This document shows positions 37,201 to 49,676 of a DNA stretch of 64,000 nt, piece after piece. The notes beneath the pieces were generated by a model that was not told the origin of the DNA, made no database searches, and saw only the letters and a program-made list of their open reading frames with translations. The stretch is taken from NCBI RefSeq assembly GCF_964355755.1, contig NC_092678.1, positions 2,434,422 to 2,498,421 on the forward strand, written 5' to 3'. The DNA comes from Antedon mediterranea (Eukaryota > Animalia > Echinodermata). Both the position numbers and the translations under genes were made by a program. How positions within the stretch are numbered: position 1 is the first letter of the stretch; every line of letters begins with the position of its first letter.

Positions 37201-40200
37201 ATCTTTGTTGGGGTGATTATTTCATCACACTTATCCCTTTGAGTTGCTGAAATTGACCTTTATAGGACTACTATGATTGTCTAATGAAAGTGTGTCTGTA
37301 TATTAGGCAGAAGGGTATTAGTATCAAACTTTATGAGACAACAAAATGTGATGCGCCCATATATAATGATGTCATATCAGTACCATATTTGGGCATACCA
37401 CTACCATATTTGTGCACATCAAACAATTTCATCACATAAAGATTGATAGTGTAGACAGAGCTTGATTCACTCATGTTTATCTGTACTATATTAGAAGGGC
37501 TAATTACCAAAACCTCTTATATCCAGGGTGCCCTTTTATGGATGTAAAATGATTTGCATTACAAATAGGACAGGATATAAGTGGTTTTAGAACTAAACAT
37601 TGTTTTTGATTATTACAAGAACAACAAATAACCACTAACTCTTTGGCAACTTGATATGATGTAGGCCTAATCTTGCATGGTTTTCCACCAACTTCAATAT
37701 TCAGATCTTCAACTCTCTGCCCAAGATCTTGACCAGTCAGAGTGATTACATCAACATACTCATTGTCTGCTGACGTGGGAACAACTTGTGGTGAAATCTA
37801 TGCAATAATAAATTTACTTCATATAGAATTATTTTTGTAATAAAACTGGTGAAATCTAGAGAAATGGAAAATGAAATAATTATGCAATAATTAATTTCAT
37901 ATAATGATATAAATAACACATGATTTTCTTGATAAATCAGTGCGACTTGATAGTAGCATCATAAATGTTTTGCCTTATTCTTGAATAGGATATAAAGAAA
38001 TGATATACTTATTTATTTATTAAACTTTACAAGAAAAATACTAGAAAAAATGCCACATCAGGCGCAGATTTATGCGGGTGCTAACAGGCTTTGGCCCCCT
38101 AAAATTTAACAGTCATGTCTTCTAAAAATTTAATAATCACTATTTTCTTTTTGCACTGCCCGACGGATCGTTTTTATCATTTATGAAATATTTAGCTCCA
38201 CTAATCTATAATGCTAGATCTGCCCCTGCACATGATGTTGTATACATATTAAAATACACGGGGAAAAAGCAATGGTGCTTTCCCATAAAAACACTGTGAA
38301 TTTTAAGTATAAATAATTTGTTTGAATTTAAATTATTTAACTGTTTTAGTTGGAGCAGTTTATACCCCATCACAGAAAACACCTTGGGCCAATCAGGGAA
38401 GAGTGAAAATTCTAAAACTACTAACCTTGTTCACTATTGGAGGTGGACAAGAGGGTGGTTTTCCGGCTGAACATCTGGGCTCCAAAACACACATCGCTGG
38501 ATTGCACCATGTACAGTTGTATTCAGGTGGAGTAGTTAGTGGAGATAGGCAACTACTGCAATCAGTTCGGCCCACTGAACAATCATACAAAGTTACTACA
38601 AAAATAATTTTAATTTCTAACTAGATTTAATTCGTCACTATGACGAATTATAGGTTATATGCATTGATTTAAATAAAGATAATTGATTTTTAAAAGATAT
38701 TTTGATTCATTGATTTTCTCAGATTCTTTAATTATTTATAATATATGATAGGACCTTGCTAACGCGAATACAATAGCCAGTATCACAATCCGATCAAAGA
38801 TCCCTCTGCGTATAATGTCATAAACCACATTTGCTGTTACATAATAATAAAGACATAAGTTATTTTTTATCTAGATTTCATTATAAATCATGTGTATAAT
38901 ATATACACTAAGAAATAAATTTGAACAAACAATACGGATAATAAAAAAAAAATCTTATTTCGTTTCCCAAGGTGAGACTCGATCTCGGTACCTTGAGTGC
39001 CATAGACACGAGCACACACCACCGAGCCATACACAACTGACTAAAAATTGTAGAAAAATTCCTCCGTGTATTTACTATGCAGTAACCACTTTGGTGCAGA
39101 TAGATTATTACATACCGCAATGAATTATAATTTTTTACTATGATGACATCTCTAAAAATGTACAAAAAGGATGCACTGTCAAACTATATACTTTTAACTT
39201 TAATATATGAACTTTTGAAGGAAGAAAGTTAATGTTAAGTTTGTTATTTTGGCCTAAGAAAATGTCATAATTTGTTTGATTGTCGAAATGAATTTTTTTT
39301 AATTTAATATGCAATTAATTATGGCTTAATCAACTTTTGTTCCCTTAGTTTAATAATAAATCATACATAAGATACATACACTTCGATCTATATTAATTTT
39401 AAAATTTAGCATATTTTCACCATTTTGTTAACTTACACGTGCGTAGCCTGTCACTTTTGACGTGCTCGTATAAGGCAATTACGCGTTGAAAAGTGAATAA
39501 AATATGATGATATTATTAAAGAAAGGTTGTACAACCGAAATCGGACAAAAAGAGTGCGCATTAATGTATAACGCGCAGTGCGCGTGCAAAAATCTGCGCA
39601 CTCATGGCAATTTTTTAAACGCTTAAAATTGCCTGAAACGTACTCTAATTTCATCGAAAATAAATTTTGACAATTTTGAACATTTTAAGCGCGCGTACGC
39701 AAGCGTTATATGCGCTACGCACGTAATTGTATTGCCATATGATGAAATATGACCTGAAATTTATGAGTACCAAATTTTGTTTAATTGAGAGTCATGCTTG
39801 TGAAGATGTGATTACAAACGTGATTTCGTAAAATCGCGCGTAGACCGCGTAATTTTTGATTACGCATCGTGAAAATATAACCACATCGATTCCTGGCCAT
39901 AAGGAATATACTCTGAAAAATTGACTTAGATAGATGAAACTGATATCAAGATAATTCACGGACAAAATAGTGCTAAGGAAAGAATAAATAAATAAAGATT
40001 TTGACAGAATCAAGAGGTTATATGCATGATAATGCATATAACCTAATAAGTGAATATGTGAACACTATTTTTTTTTATTTTACGAAAATATACTGTATTG
40101 AAGGACGTGTTATTGCCCTAAAATGTTTCCAACTAATATTGCCATAAGTAGACACCCCTCATTTATTCTAGAATAGTAAGACAACCAATGTATAGTTTCA

Positions 40201-43200
40201 TTTGACATTTTTTTCATTAAGTCAGTTCACCTAGAGAAATAAAAAATGTCACTCCATCTTACATACCAATACCATGACAGCATTCTTATTACACTGTGTT
40301 TGTTACCATGGTTACTAGTACACAAATATCATAACAGAAACAAACTCTAACTGCTTATTTTATCAATTATAAATGAATGAATAGTATTCAATCAATCTAT
40401 ATAATCAGTCAAAATATATAATCAACATTTTTGATTTCCATGAATTAATATTTAGAAAATTTAATTTATACTTGGTTGATAAATAAATGAAAGTAAATAG
40501 GCCCTTTTTGTATTTCATTGTTCTAGTTTTAAATACCTTTCCAACTGAAATCAATGTAGTTAACGTTATTCCACGCAACTTCAATTGTTACGTTTTCCTC
40601 CTGCGATACCACACCAGAAACATACTGAAAATTAGAAATCATAATTATTTATAATTGATTTCAATGTACACTCTCTTATCTATATAAATGAATTTTATAT
40701 ATAAATAAGATAAGATACCGTTGCCAAAAAACAATTATTTTATGCAATCAAATTAGTAAACTTAAAATAAAAGAAACTAATTTTCAGGTGATGTAATTCT
40801 TGATAGAAGATTAATTTCTAAGCATGCCTTCAGGGATCAGGGACTAAAGTTCAACTAGAAGGAAGTAGTGTATGATTACAATCATCTGGATAATTGATGA
40901 AATAAAACTTGGTTGTGTGTGAAGATAATAGAGGAAAAGGTATGGTAGAAAAAAACAGATCTTAATTCGTACGCCAGAGGAACATGGATATCTGCCAAGA
41001 AATGTTAATGCATACATCACATGATGTAGTTGGCACAAAGTTTGTTTAATAATAATTTAAACGAAAAATATTTGTATTCAATTCAATTAAAAAACATTTA
41101 TTTACAAAATCTGAATACATAGGAAAACAAGAAACAGGATTGTACAGAATTATAAATTTAAAAAAAATATGTTTCAGAAAATGAAGGCAAGAGCCCTGAA
41201 AGATGTTGGGAAACATCTTGAGTTGGGCGAGTCTCGACACAAATAAAAAAGATGCATTGAAGAAATTAATAAATTTCATAATCTAAAATAAGAATAGCAG
41301 AAAAATCTGTTGGTACTGCAGATCGAGACATGACCGATTAATATATATTTAATAAGTAGAAAATGTGTATTTTTTTAATTTTTTAGAGAAGTATCTTTGG
41401 GGAAGCAGATTTTGAGATGGAGGGTGGTAGGTTGTTCCAAAGCATGGTATTATACTAGACCATGGGATTATACTCGAACATAGGATTGTACTCGAACATG
41501 GGATTAAACTCGAACATGGGAATATACTCAAGCATGGAATTATACTCGAGCATGGGATTATACTCGAGCATGGGATTATACTCTAACAAGGGATTATACT
41601 AGAGCATGGGATTATACTCAAGCATGGGACACGTGAGCATGGCATTATACTCGAAAATGGGATTATACTCAAACATGGGATTGTACTCGAACATGGGATT
41701 AAACTCGAACATGGGAATATACTCAAGCATGGAATTATACTCAAGCATGAGATTATACTCGAACATGGGATTATACTCAAACATGGGATTATACTCAAAC
41801 ATGGGATTATACTCGAACATGGGATTATACTCGAACATGGGATTATACTCAAACATGGGATTATACTCATATACTGTCATACAAAAGCAATACTAAAAAT
41901 ATAATATACTTAAATTGTTGTGAGACTTATTCATATATTATTTACAGTTTGTTAATAAAATATTCAAATTTAATTGTTTACCGTATAATTGTCACAGATA
42001 ATGTTTTTATCATCAATCCTTGTAGCTGAAACCGAGTCAGCTCCATTAATGACGCAAATGTAATTCGAGACCTATAAATGATACATAAACAGACTTCTTT
42101 ATCAGAGTTTTTTTGGGTATTACGAGAAAACAACTTATTTGTGTTCTTTTTAATAATATGATAATGATAAGTTACTATCACAGTTCACCAACTTTCCAAA
42201 ACCAAAAGTAACCAGTTGGTTTGATAAATAATTGATATGTTAACATTAATAAAAGCATTAAATACAAATGTTTACTTTTACAAGATTGTATAGGCCTAAG
42301 CCTTGTTTTGAATTACATAGTGACTGTTACAATTAGCTCAGCTTCAGAACCTGTGTTTTTCCCATGATTAAGTCAATATCTAACCTCAGCAAAACTGAGC
42401 ATATAGCTAAAACGCATAGCTACACCCTTGTAATAATTAAATAATTCATATATTGGATTTGATCAAACATTTAAAAACAAAATATTCAATAATTAATTAA
42501 ATTAAAATAAATGTTACATACATTTAAATAAATGTTACATACATTTAAAAGATTGTTCGCATTAATCAAGATCTTCTTTGACATGTCAGTGTGAAAAAAC
42601 TCTAGTTCAGTCTGTAACGCTATTTGAGGACATTGCTGAAAAATAAAATAACATTGAGAATATCATTAGCTGACATGAAAAAAAGTGGTTATCAGGTTGA
42701 CTCGCAGTCAGAACGTTCCCAGAAAACTTACCTTATGTTCCAAAATAAAATTAAAGTATAGTTTTTGGTATAAAAATGTAACATGGTTGGACAACAATTT
42801 CAGAAAATGTTTAAGATGTTTTTTTAAATTTATCTCTATTGTTTCATCCATTGGCTCATGGTTTCCTCTTGGGCTATTTGCCAAGTTTTTAAAAAATAAA
42901 GATACTCTTCCAAAATTTACAGCCAAAATTCAATGATCTTAAAATAGATGAAAACTTAACAAAGATCATCTGTTAAACAAATTATTAAAACAAGTTTGAA
43001 ACAAAAGATATCTGATATGGATATAGTTATCATTTTACAGAAATGTTCTTTGAAACTATGGCAACCAGACTCAAAGGTAAACAGTCTAAAACAAAATGAA
43101 ACTAATATGACATTTTTTCCTTATGAGCGTTCATAACTTTGAGGAACTGTTTTTTGGAATCAAGATGAATTTCGAAAAAGTGAAGTATTTAATTTCGCAT

Positions 43201-46200
43201 TAACAGCTCACTGACGATGAACAATGCATTATAGTTTGTTTAATTTTTGCTAATCTATGATAAACATTCAAAAGGAACTACTGTATGTAAGACAGGGTAC
43301 TACCTCATTACTGAGAGGTTATAGGTCAGATTCTAGTCAGATCCATAAAATGGTGACAAATTATGAGACTATTTTACTGTATATTTATTGAGAGCTATGT
43401 TCTGCTAGCTGAGTTGATATTTTCACAGTGTTTTTTAGTTTTACATTATTTCCTGGTATAAACATATTAAACAATGCAGGAACTTCTAAAAGGAAACAAT
43501 ACAGTCTTTTAAATCAATTAGTCAGTTATTCAGATAAGGAAGCCGGATTTATACAAGTCTTGTAAAAAAACCTGAAACTTAAAAATATACAGACAATTCA
43601 TTTTTCCTATGCCTAATGGTGAAAATGAAGTGCTACAGTTATCCTAATGTCTTATCTTTTGCATTTTAATTTGTACAATTTTGAATTTTCCTTTTTTGTT
43701 AGCCTTTTAATCAATATTAATAAAGTATATAGTTGATCTAGATATGTGTAGTTTTTATTTAAAACTTTATAAATATAAAACAGAAATATAAGATAAAAAG
43801 ATAGTTGTAAATAATAAACCACTGTATAATCAGATTACATTCAAAACGTGTTTAGCTTCTATTATTATTCATTCATACCTGTTGCGAATTGACAGCAACA
43901 TCTGCAATCATAGAACAGGACCCACTACCATAAGCACATGTGTGTTCCAATGGACACCATGAACAATCGAATGGGCTATCTGCACACTCGGAACATCTAA
44001 TATCACAAATAAAAAATGAGGTAATATGTACATACTTCAGTTCAATTTTAGTGGGGAGATTGTTATATTGTTTTAATTACCATAAAATTAGTTTGTCAGG
44101 ATCTCTTATTATTATTCCACTTGAATTGGTTTTTTTTTACTTTCAATACATTTGATAAAACTTAGGCCTAACTAGTCAATAAGAATTCTTGTGGTCTATG
44201 ACTTAACAAATTCAATGGCTCTTACAAACTCACTCAAATTCTATATATTCAATCATTGTTAACAGATAAACACACTTAATACGAATTAAACTCCTATTGT
44301 GTTCTATGATGATTCATTATTTATAACTGTATAAATAATGAAGTTACCAATGTAAGTATTTATAATATCAATCTGTGTAGTAAATATTGCATTATTTATC
44401 TCCACACTGGCACTGTAAACACTATCAAAGTATAACAAGTAATTCTTTTTGTAAAAACCATAAAATTATAAGTGAACTTACAGAAAGTTTCAAAACCTGA
44501 CAGGTTTCATTCTGTAAGCTCGCTTATAATTTGATGGTTTTTACAAAAAGAAATCCTTTTTATACCTATTGTAAAACCTGAATGAAACTATCTAAGTACT
44601 TCACCTATCTATTCATTATGGTATAATAAGAAAAAGATAATTATTGTTTTGTTAACATTCAGTTAAAATCTAATCATTTTTACAACTCTTATTACAATTA
44701 CTATACTGTATTCAACTACAAAATATCTATAAATAAATTTTCTTTTTAATATTTTTATTTTTAAAATATCCATATATAGGCCTACATACAACGCAATTAG
44801 ATAAAAGAATCGGCAACAAACAAACTTTAAGACAATAAATGGATATATCACATGGATAGGACACAAAATGTAAATTAAATCATTTTCATTGTGGTCTATC
44901 ACCATAATATAGTATTTAGATAAACCATACTAACTGCTAAAAACAACATGATAGATAACACTTAGTATGTATTAAACAACGTATTATGCAAAGGTATTAT
45001 GTCAATTAACCAGTCTTCTCAACAATACCGGTTTTAAGTATAAGGAAGTATGTATGTTTCCTTTAGGAATTGTAGTGGGAAGAAGATTTAACAAAGAAAC
45101 GTTTTTTTTTCTGTAATCTCCACACCTTCTAAATTAAACCCAGAGCTTTAGAAAAATAGTTACTTACGATGTTATAGCACTGCAGTTATAGAATGGAAAT
45201 TCCGTACTAATAATAGACAATCCAGACTGTATGTGAACAGATATTAATACACTTGTTTCGACTAAAAAAAATGTTTTAAATTTAGTTTATAAGTGATTTT
45301 ATAAAATAATACACTATAAATGATTGACAAAACGACACAGTAAAATAAACATTGCGTGGCACTCTCAAGAAAATGAAAATTTTGAGTAAATGACACAAAT
45401 TGAATAAGCACCACAATCAACTAATCAAATAAACACTAATAATACTACTCTATAAAGCAACAAAGTTTTATAATGAAGTTACCTTGTCCTGGAGGTATTA
45501 CAGGTAGCTGTGTTATTGGGCCACACGCAAGCTTTAAATCAATGAAGAGTTTTGTTTCAACAACTTTATTGTCAAATTTACATGTGTAATTCTGGCCTGG
45601 TGGTAGTTGACTTATTGACAAGGATATTGTCTACAAAGTAAAACAAAATTATCTTGAGAAATCAGATCGTGTAGGATAATTAATTTTAATTTTTGTGATT
45701 CAATTTATATATTGTTTAAACTTTCAACTGATGTTGTAGTTTTTGGAATGCTCAAAAAAGAAAAACTGTATGAAAACTAAAAATTGACATTGTACAAAAA
45801 AATTGTCCTGGTGCATAGAAATATAGCAAAAACTTACATATGCCCTATTAGAGATTGGTAGAGAATCTGGAGCAGTTTGTATTGCAATACATTCACTTGA
45901 GCCACTTGCTATCCAGTAGCCAGTAGAACATTCACTAATACGACTACATCTGAAAACAGAGTAACATAATGCATAATAATATCATAATTGCCAACTATGA
46001 ATGTAGTTTCCAAATTGATAATGATGAATGATTGTTTCGGTTGTCTAATGGTTATGGAACTTTATATTGCACATGTCTCTGGGTAATATATTTACTAAAG
46101 CATATTGAACACAGTAACAATGATGAACAACAAAATATAAATGTTAGAAGAAACTTGTGTTAAACTTTGAAATATTACATTACATCACATAACCATTGAT

Positions 46201-49200
46201 CAATTATTTAGGTTAGATAAATGCCTCTACCTGCTTTCCAATGTACACCAACCACAGTATGGATCTGCCCCACCTTCAATCCCTACACACTCATCACAAG
46301 TCATATACTGGCCACAAATCTCACTTCGAATCTTTAACAACTAAAAGGGACAAAAATGCAAACTTTAAAAATATCATTCTATAAAAACGGTTAAATTTAT
46401 ACATTGAATAGGAAATAAATTTTGCCTTAAAGACAAATTATATATTATACATTAAATATTAATAGAAACTTATTACAAACATACTAATGAAAAATATGAA
46501 AAAAAAATACTATAAAAACCAGACTAGTTTGGCCCAAAATTGTTTTCTGTTTGGTCTGCTGGGCTATTCATGCCGGTATGGTATAATTATGGTGACTGTA
46601 CCTTATTTTCAGTAAGAAAGGTAAAACTTGTTCCATTAGCATCAATTATAGTGTCAGGTTTGATGGGATAGCCTTTGTCAAGTGTCATTCTCTCATACTC
46701 TGTAGCTGTACTTCTGTTGTTTATGTGTACCTATACAAACAATTGCAGTTTTATAGTTTAATTATTCGTTGTTAATAAATACAGGAAATTCTACTCCAGT
46801 CATTCACCTTCCTCCACCCTGTTGTTACTTTACAAAGAAAACTACTATTCGAGTTATATCTCGTTCTTCGAGGAGAAAAGACTATCTTTGGTTTATCCAG
46901 GTAAGCTAGGCATGATGAGACTTAAAAATATGCTGTGTTTATACATGCAGTCAATGTGTATATTTTACCTTTATCAGATCTCCATTCTGTGTTCCTAGAA
47001 TGCCTATTGTGTTATCATTCTCTACAGCCACTGAAACAGATGTTAATTCAGTGCTTTTGAAAGGCATTATGGACTGAGATGTGACAGCCTCACTTTCAAT
47101 GCCTTGTGGGTACACAGTACTAATAAATGTAGTTGGATCACAGAAAGTTCGTTTAATTTCCACATCTGTGACATTTACTTCCTGTAACAAAACAAAAATT
47201 TATATAATCACATGCAAGCACACTACAACACAGCCTCTTTGGACCACTTATTTATATATTATTTTGTCGTATTCCATACATTGTCCGATTTAATATCATT
47301 ATTTATTATTATTCAATAAGGAATGAAAGTGAAATTTTCAAAAGAAATTAATCCATTGTTTCCATCGTCTGCAGCTTTCTGTGTGAAAGAACTCATACTA
47401 CCAAACTTGGCACGCACATTTCTTCCACCAAACCAATCTCTTGTGGAGTACCACAGGGAACCAAACTGGGACCCATACTATTCTTGGTTCTAGTAAATGA
47501 TGCTGCTATTGAATAGGCGTTGGAAAATTGTGGATGACCTGACTCTAGGGGAAGTAAACAAATGTGGTGCTTCCTCGAACTTACAGAGTGTCCTTATTGT
47601 CAGTGAGTGGTGTGCATCTAATGATGTTCTACCTAAACCAGCTAAATGCCAAGTAATTAAATTTAACTTTTTAAAGCAACGGCAGCTTAATTTAGTATAC
47701 ACTATTGATAACTTTAATCTTCCAATAGTTAGTAAGTTAAAACTGCTTGGTGTAATAATCCAAAATGACCTCAAATGGGGTTCAAATGTTAATGATATAA
47801 CATCAAGAGCCTCACATAGGCTATTCTCACTATGTATCCTGAAAAGGTCTAATGCACCAGTCAGTGACCTGGTTACAGTATCAGTATATCAGACCTGTGC
47901 TGGAATATGCCTGCCAGGTTTGGCATTCATCTTTAACTGTTCAGCAATCTAATTTAATAGAAAAAATTCAAAAACGGGCATTGCGCATAATTTTGAGCCC
48001 ATATTACGTTAGCTATGAATTAGCCTTAGAGCACGTAGATTTGCCTTCTTTAAAGTCCCGTAGAGAACAGATTCTTCTCAAGTTTGGCAAGAGTCTTTTA
48101 GAATCTACCAAATTTAGAAATATGTTACCAGCATATAAATCTGATAGGCATTCAAGATCGTTAAGGAGCAATACTAGTTCAAAGTTGGATTCTTGCAAAT
48201 GTCGTACTGAAAGATATAGGTGGTCTACTATCCGCACTTAGCACGAATCCTTTATGTATAATGATTAGTTTAGATCTACTTTAAGGTATTTTACTTCTCA
48301 GTTTATGATTGTAATCCAACCTTTTCAGCTTTTGCTGCTGGTTGGAATTTGATGTTTTTTTATACCTTAATAAATAATTAAATAAATAATTATATTGATG
48401 TTACTTAATTTTAGACTTGTAAATGTATATTTTAATGGGGTTTTTTTTAATTTAAACTAATAAAGTACCGTAAATTAAAACAGAGAAAAAATTATGAACT
48501 CTTGAAAATCATGTTTTTTTAAAGTTTAAGTTTATATACCCTAACGAGAAATGAAACACAAAACTTGATATCTAACTTACAATAAATGAAATCTCCTTTT
48601 GCATAAATAAATTTGTATTACATTTAATAAAGGTATACCATGCATTTATATCCTAATGTAGGCTTAACAAAGAAAGAAAATATTAACTAAATAATTACCC
48701 CATTTAGACACATAGCATCTTCTACATAGTTCAGTTTATATTGATCTCCACTTTTGTAACAACCATAAACAGCCTTAAAAAACCCATCCTCAATATCTTT
48801 TAATGTGAACATACAAAGCACAGAATCAGTATCTTTATCAGTGGAATTACTAAACACACCAAATAGCACTTCTTGCGAGCCAGTCAAGCCAAGCGAACTG
48901 GCCAATGATTGCCCAACCATTTCCAATTTCATATCATGAACTATATCAAATTTGTTATTTGGTCCAATGCAACGAAGATAAACTTCTGAAAATGTATCTA
49001 AGATGTCAATTGTATCGTCGTTGTTACTACTGCAAAACCTACTGATGCGTGACTGGTTTTTTCTGTTTGACACAAAATATGTAAATTCACCATGATTAAA
49101 TGCTGCTACGTACTGAATGGAATCTTTTTTATCATAATCGTTAATAAATTGAAGAAACTTAACACCAGACAAAAAACTCTCATCTGAATTCACCTTTCTA

Positions 49201-49676
49201 GTTGTTACAATACGATCGTTTGAAAGAACAGATGCAATATTCAATCTGTTATTATTGCCACCAGAGTGGTGTGAGATGATTCCAACAGCAGCGGAACTCC
49301 CAACTATGTTGTCGTCACTCACACCATCCATCTCTAAATTATCTAATGAACGTCGTTCGCATCTCCCCTCATTGCCATCTCCGCATGTTATCAACCTATT
49401 GTTTACGTAATCAATAGTTAGGATTTTGTTCACGTTTTCGCAATCCGTATTCATATCGGAACAAGTACTATTTTCTTTTACCAGTTCAAAATCATTATTA
49501 ATCAAAAAGATAAAATTAGTAGCTGCGATATAAATATTGCCAGAGACTTTATGGTTGGTGACATGATTAAAACCAGTGCCTTTGTGTTCGTGTATCAGGT
49601 AGTCAGATATATTCACAGATTTTGATAAAGCAACTGATATGATGAAATTTAACAAGAAAGATGTTCTAGAGAGCAT
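25242..49676 (-). CDS. Plexin (divergent, plexin-B-like architecture), about 1820 aa, 36 coding exons
   Basis: Exons: 49676-48699, 47181-46969, 46730-46602, 46340-46231, 45949-45838, 45630-45483, 45261-45168, 43996-43879, 42635-42543, 42071-41982, 40624-40537, 38595-38426, 37797-37640, 36314-36215, 35674-35541, 35265-35104, 34976-34880, 33946-33677, 33427-33287, 32808-32580, 32459-32311, 32023-31902, 31773-31708, 31617-31543, 31070-31004, 30588-30442, 30135-29979, 29645-29542, 29358-29250, 28846-28764, 28363-28229, 27582-27416, 27049-26902, 26703-26563, 25926-25852, 25325-25242 (sum 5463 nt, in frame). Domains: signal peptide, Sema, three PSI (e.g. DPYCGWC), IPT repeats, TM, split GAP domain with RBD (GPVDAV, CDSISQVK, IKYLFD, WKNNS..RFWV). 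Confidence 0.93.
26092..26436. repeat. Minisatellite, 20 bp x 17
   Basis: Unit AAATTAAGATAGTGATAGGT. Confidence 0.97.
28511..28670. mobile_element. Abundant MITE family A (TIR AGCTCTGTCTACACTATCAAACT), representative copy
   Basis: Terminal inverted repeats, TWA flanks and the core GTGATGTGCCCATATATGGACATGATGATGTCATATCACTACCATATTTGGGCACATCAC. Other full or partial copies at about 1-110, 3923-4028, 4423-4531, 11276-11423, 15870-16011, 24174-24325, 27994-28138, 35404-35522, 36533-36746, 37322-37462, 56040-56099, 56521-56663 and 57876-58028. Confidence 0.88.
30742..31001 (+). mobile_element. Short 3' remnant of an L2/Crack-type LINE
   Basis: KRMFNYRASTLWNNLPVHIR..stop, then a 3'UTR, AATAAA and a (TTGTA)n tail. 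Confidence 0.75.
32112..32232 (+). mobile_element. tRNA-derived SINE fragment
   Basis: A-box TGGCGCAGTG and B-box GTTCAAATCC, then TTAGGCAAGACA. A related copy at about 28465-28740 is split by a MITE. Confidence 0.65.
32580..32808 (-). CDS. Plexin transmembrane and juxtamembrane exon
   Basis: LLSIIIACTVVVFIIIIAILTI followed by RYLRKS and the coiled segment EMEELEMAVQEEARE. Confidence 0.92.
32945..33133. repeat. Degenerate minisatellite of about 20-21 bp
   Basis: Unit approximately CAATTGGACCAGTTGAAAAC. Confidence 0.85.
34075..34254. mobile_element. Non-autonomous hAT-like element
   Basis: Ends CAATGGCGTAA and TTATGCCACTG; 8-bp TSD CATATAAT/CATGTAAT (one mismatch). An inverted-orientation relative lies at about 27219-27381. 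Confidence 0.72.
34467..34861. repeat. Minisatellite, 49 bp x 8, identical units
   Basis: Unit GAGAAATGCCAGGGCACCTTGTATCAGTTCAGTACTTAATGATACTGAT. Confidence 0.97.
38619..40048 (-). mobile_element. Helentron-associated non-autonomous element (HINE/DINE-1-like)
   Basis: 15-bp subterminal inverted repeats (TAGGTTATATGCATT at 38651-38665 and its complement at 40031-40045). The 5' subTIR has a nearby inverted partner at 40015-40027. A 10-bp-stem hairpin at 38628-38650 is followed by CTAG-TT on the minus strand. Interior is CpG-rich. Confidence 0.78.
41441..41868. repeat. Minisatellite, 18 bp x about 24
   Basis: Unit CATGGGATTATACTCGAA with variants. Confidence 0.95.
44443..44552. repeat. Inverted repeat / hairpin (43-bp arms, three mismatches)
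   Basis: TTCTTTTTGTAAAAACCATAAAATTATAAGTGAACTTACAGAA pairs with TTCTGTAAGCTCGCTTATAATTTGATGGTTTTTACAAAAAGAA. Confidence 0.85.
47362..48390 (+). mobile_element. 5'-truncated non-LTR retrotransposon (CR1/L2-group) RT fragment, frameshifted
   Basis: GVPQGTKLGPILFLVLVND..WKIVDDLT, KLLGVIIQNDLKW and IRPVLEYACQVWH..IEKIQKRALRII. Frameshift near 47880; AATAAATA-type tail at about 48367-48390. Confidence 0.92.
48699..49676 (-). CDS. Plexin first coding exon: signal peptide and most of the Sema domain
   Basis: NVNKILTIDYVNNRLITCG..GRCERRSL, SRISRFCS, FSEVYLRC, VLFGVFS, SVLCMFTLKDI; donor GGG|gtaatt. Confidence 0.93.

Noticed and set aside
41583-41896. Repetitive ORFs (SIIPC.., FEYNPM.., GLYSNM..), and similar ones at 58441-58830, 13496-13735 and 62236-62532
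   Set aside because: They are translations of minisatellites that stay open in several frames.
47497-48241. Reverse transcriptase as a retron, DGR or domesticated gene
   Set aside because: It is 5'-truncated, frameshifted, has a degenerate catalytic motif (IVDD) and a LINE-type tail. It is an ordinary dead retrotransposon.
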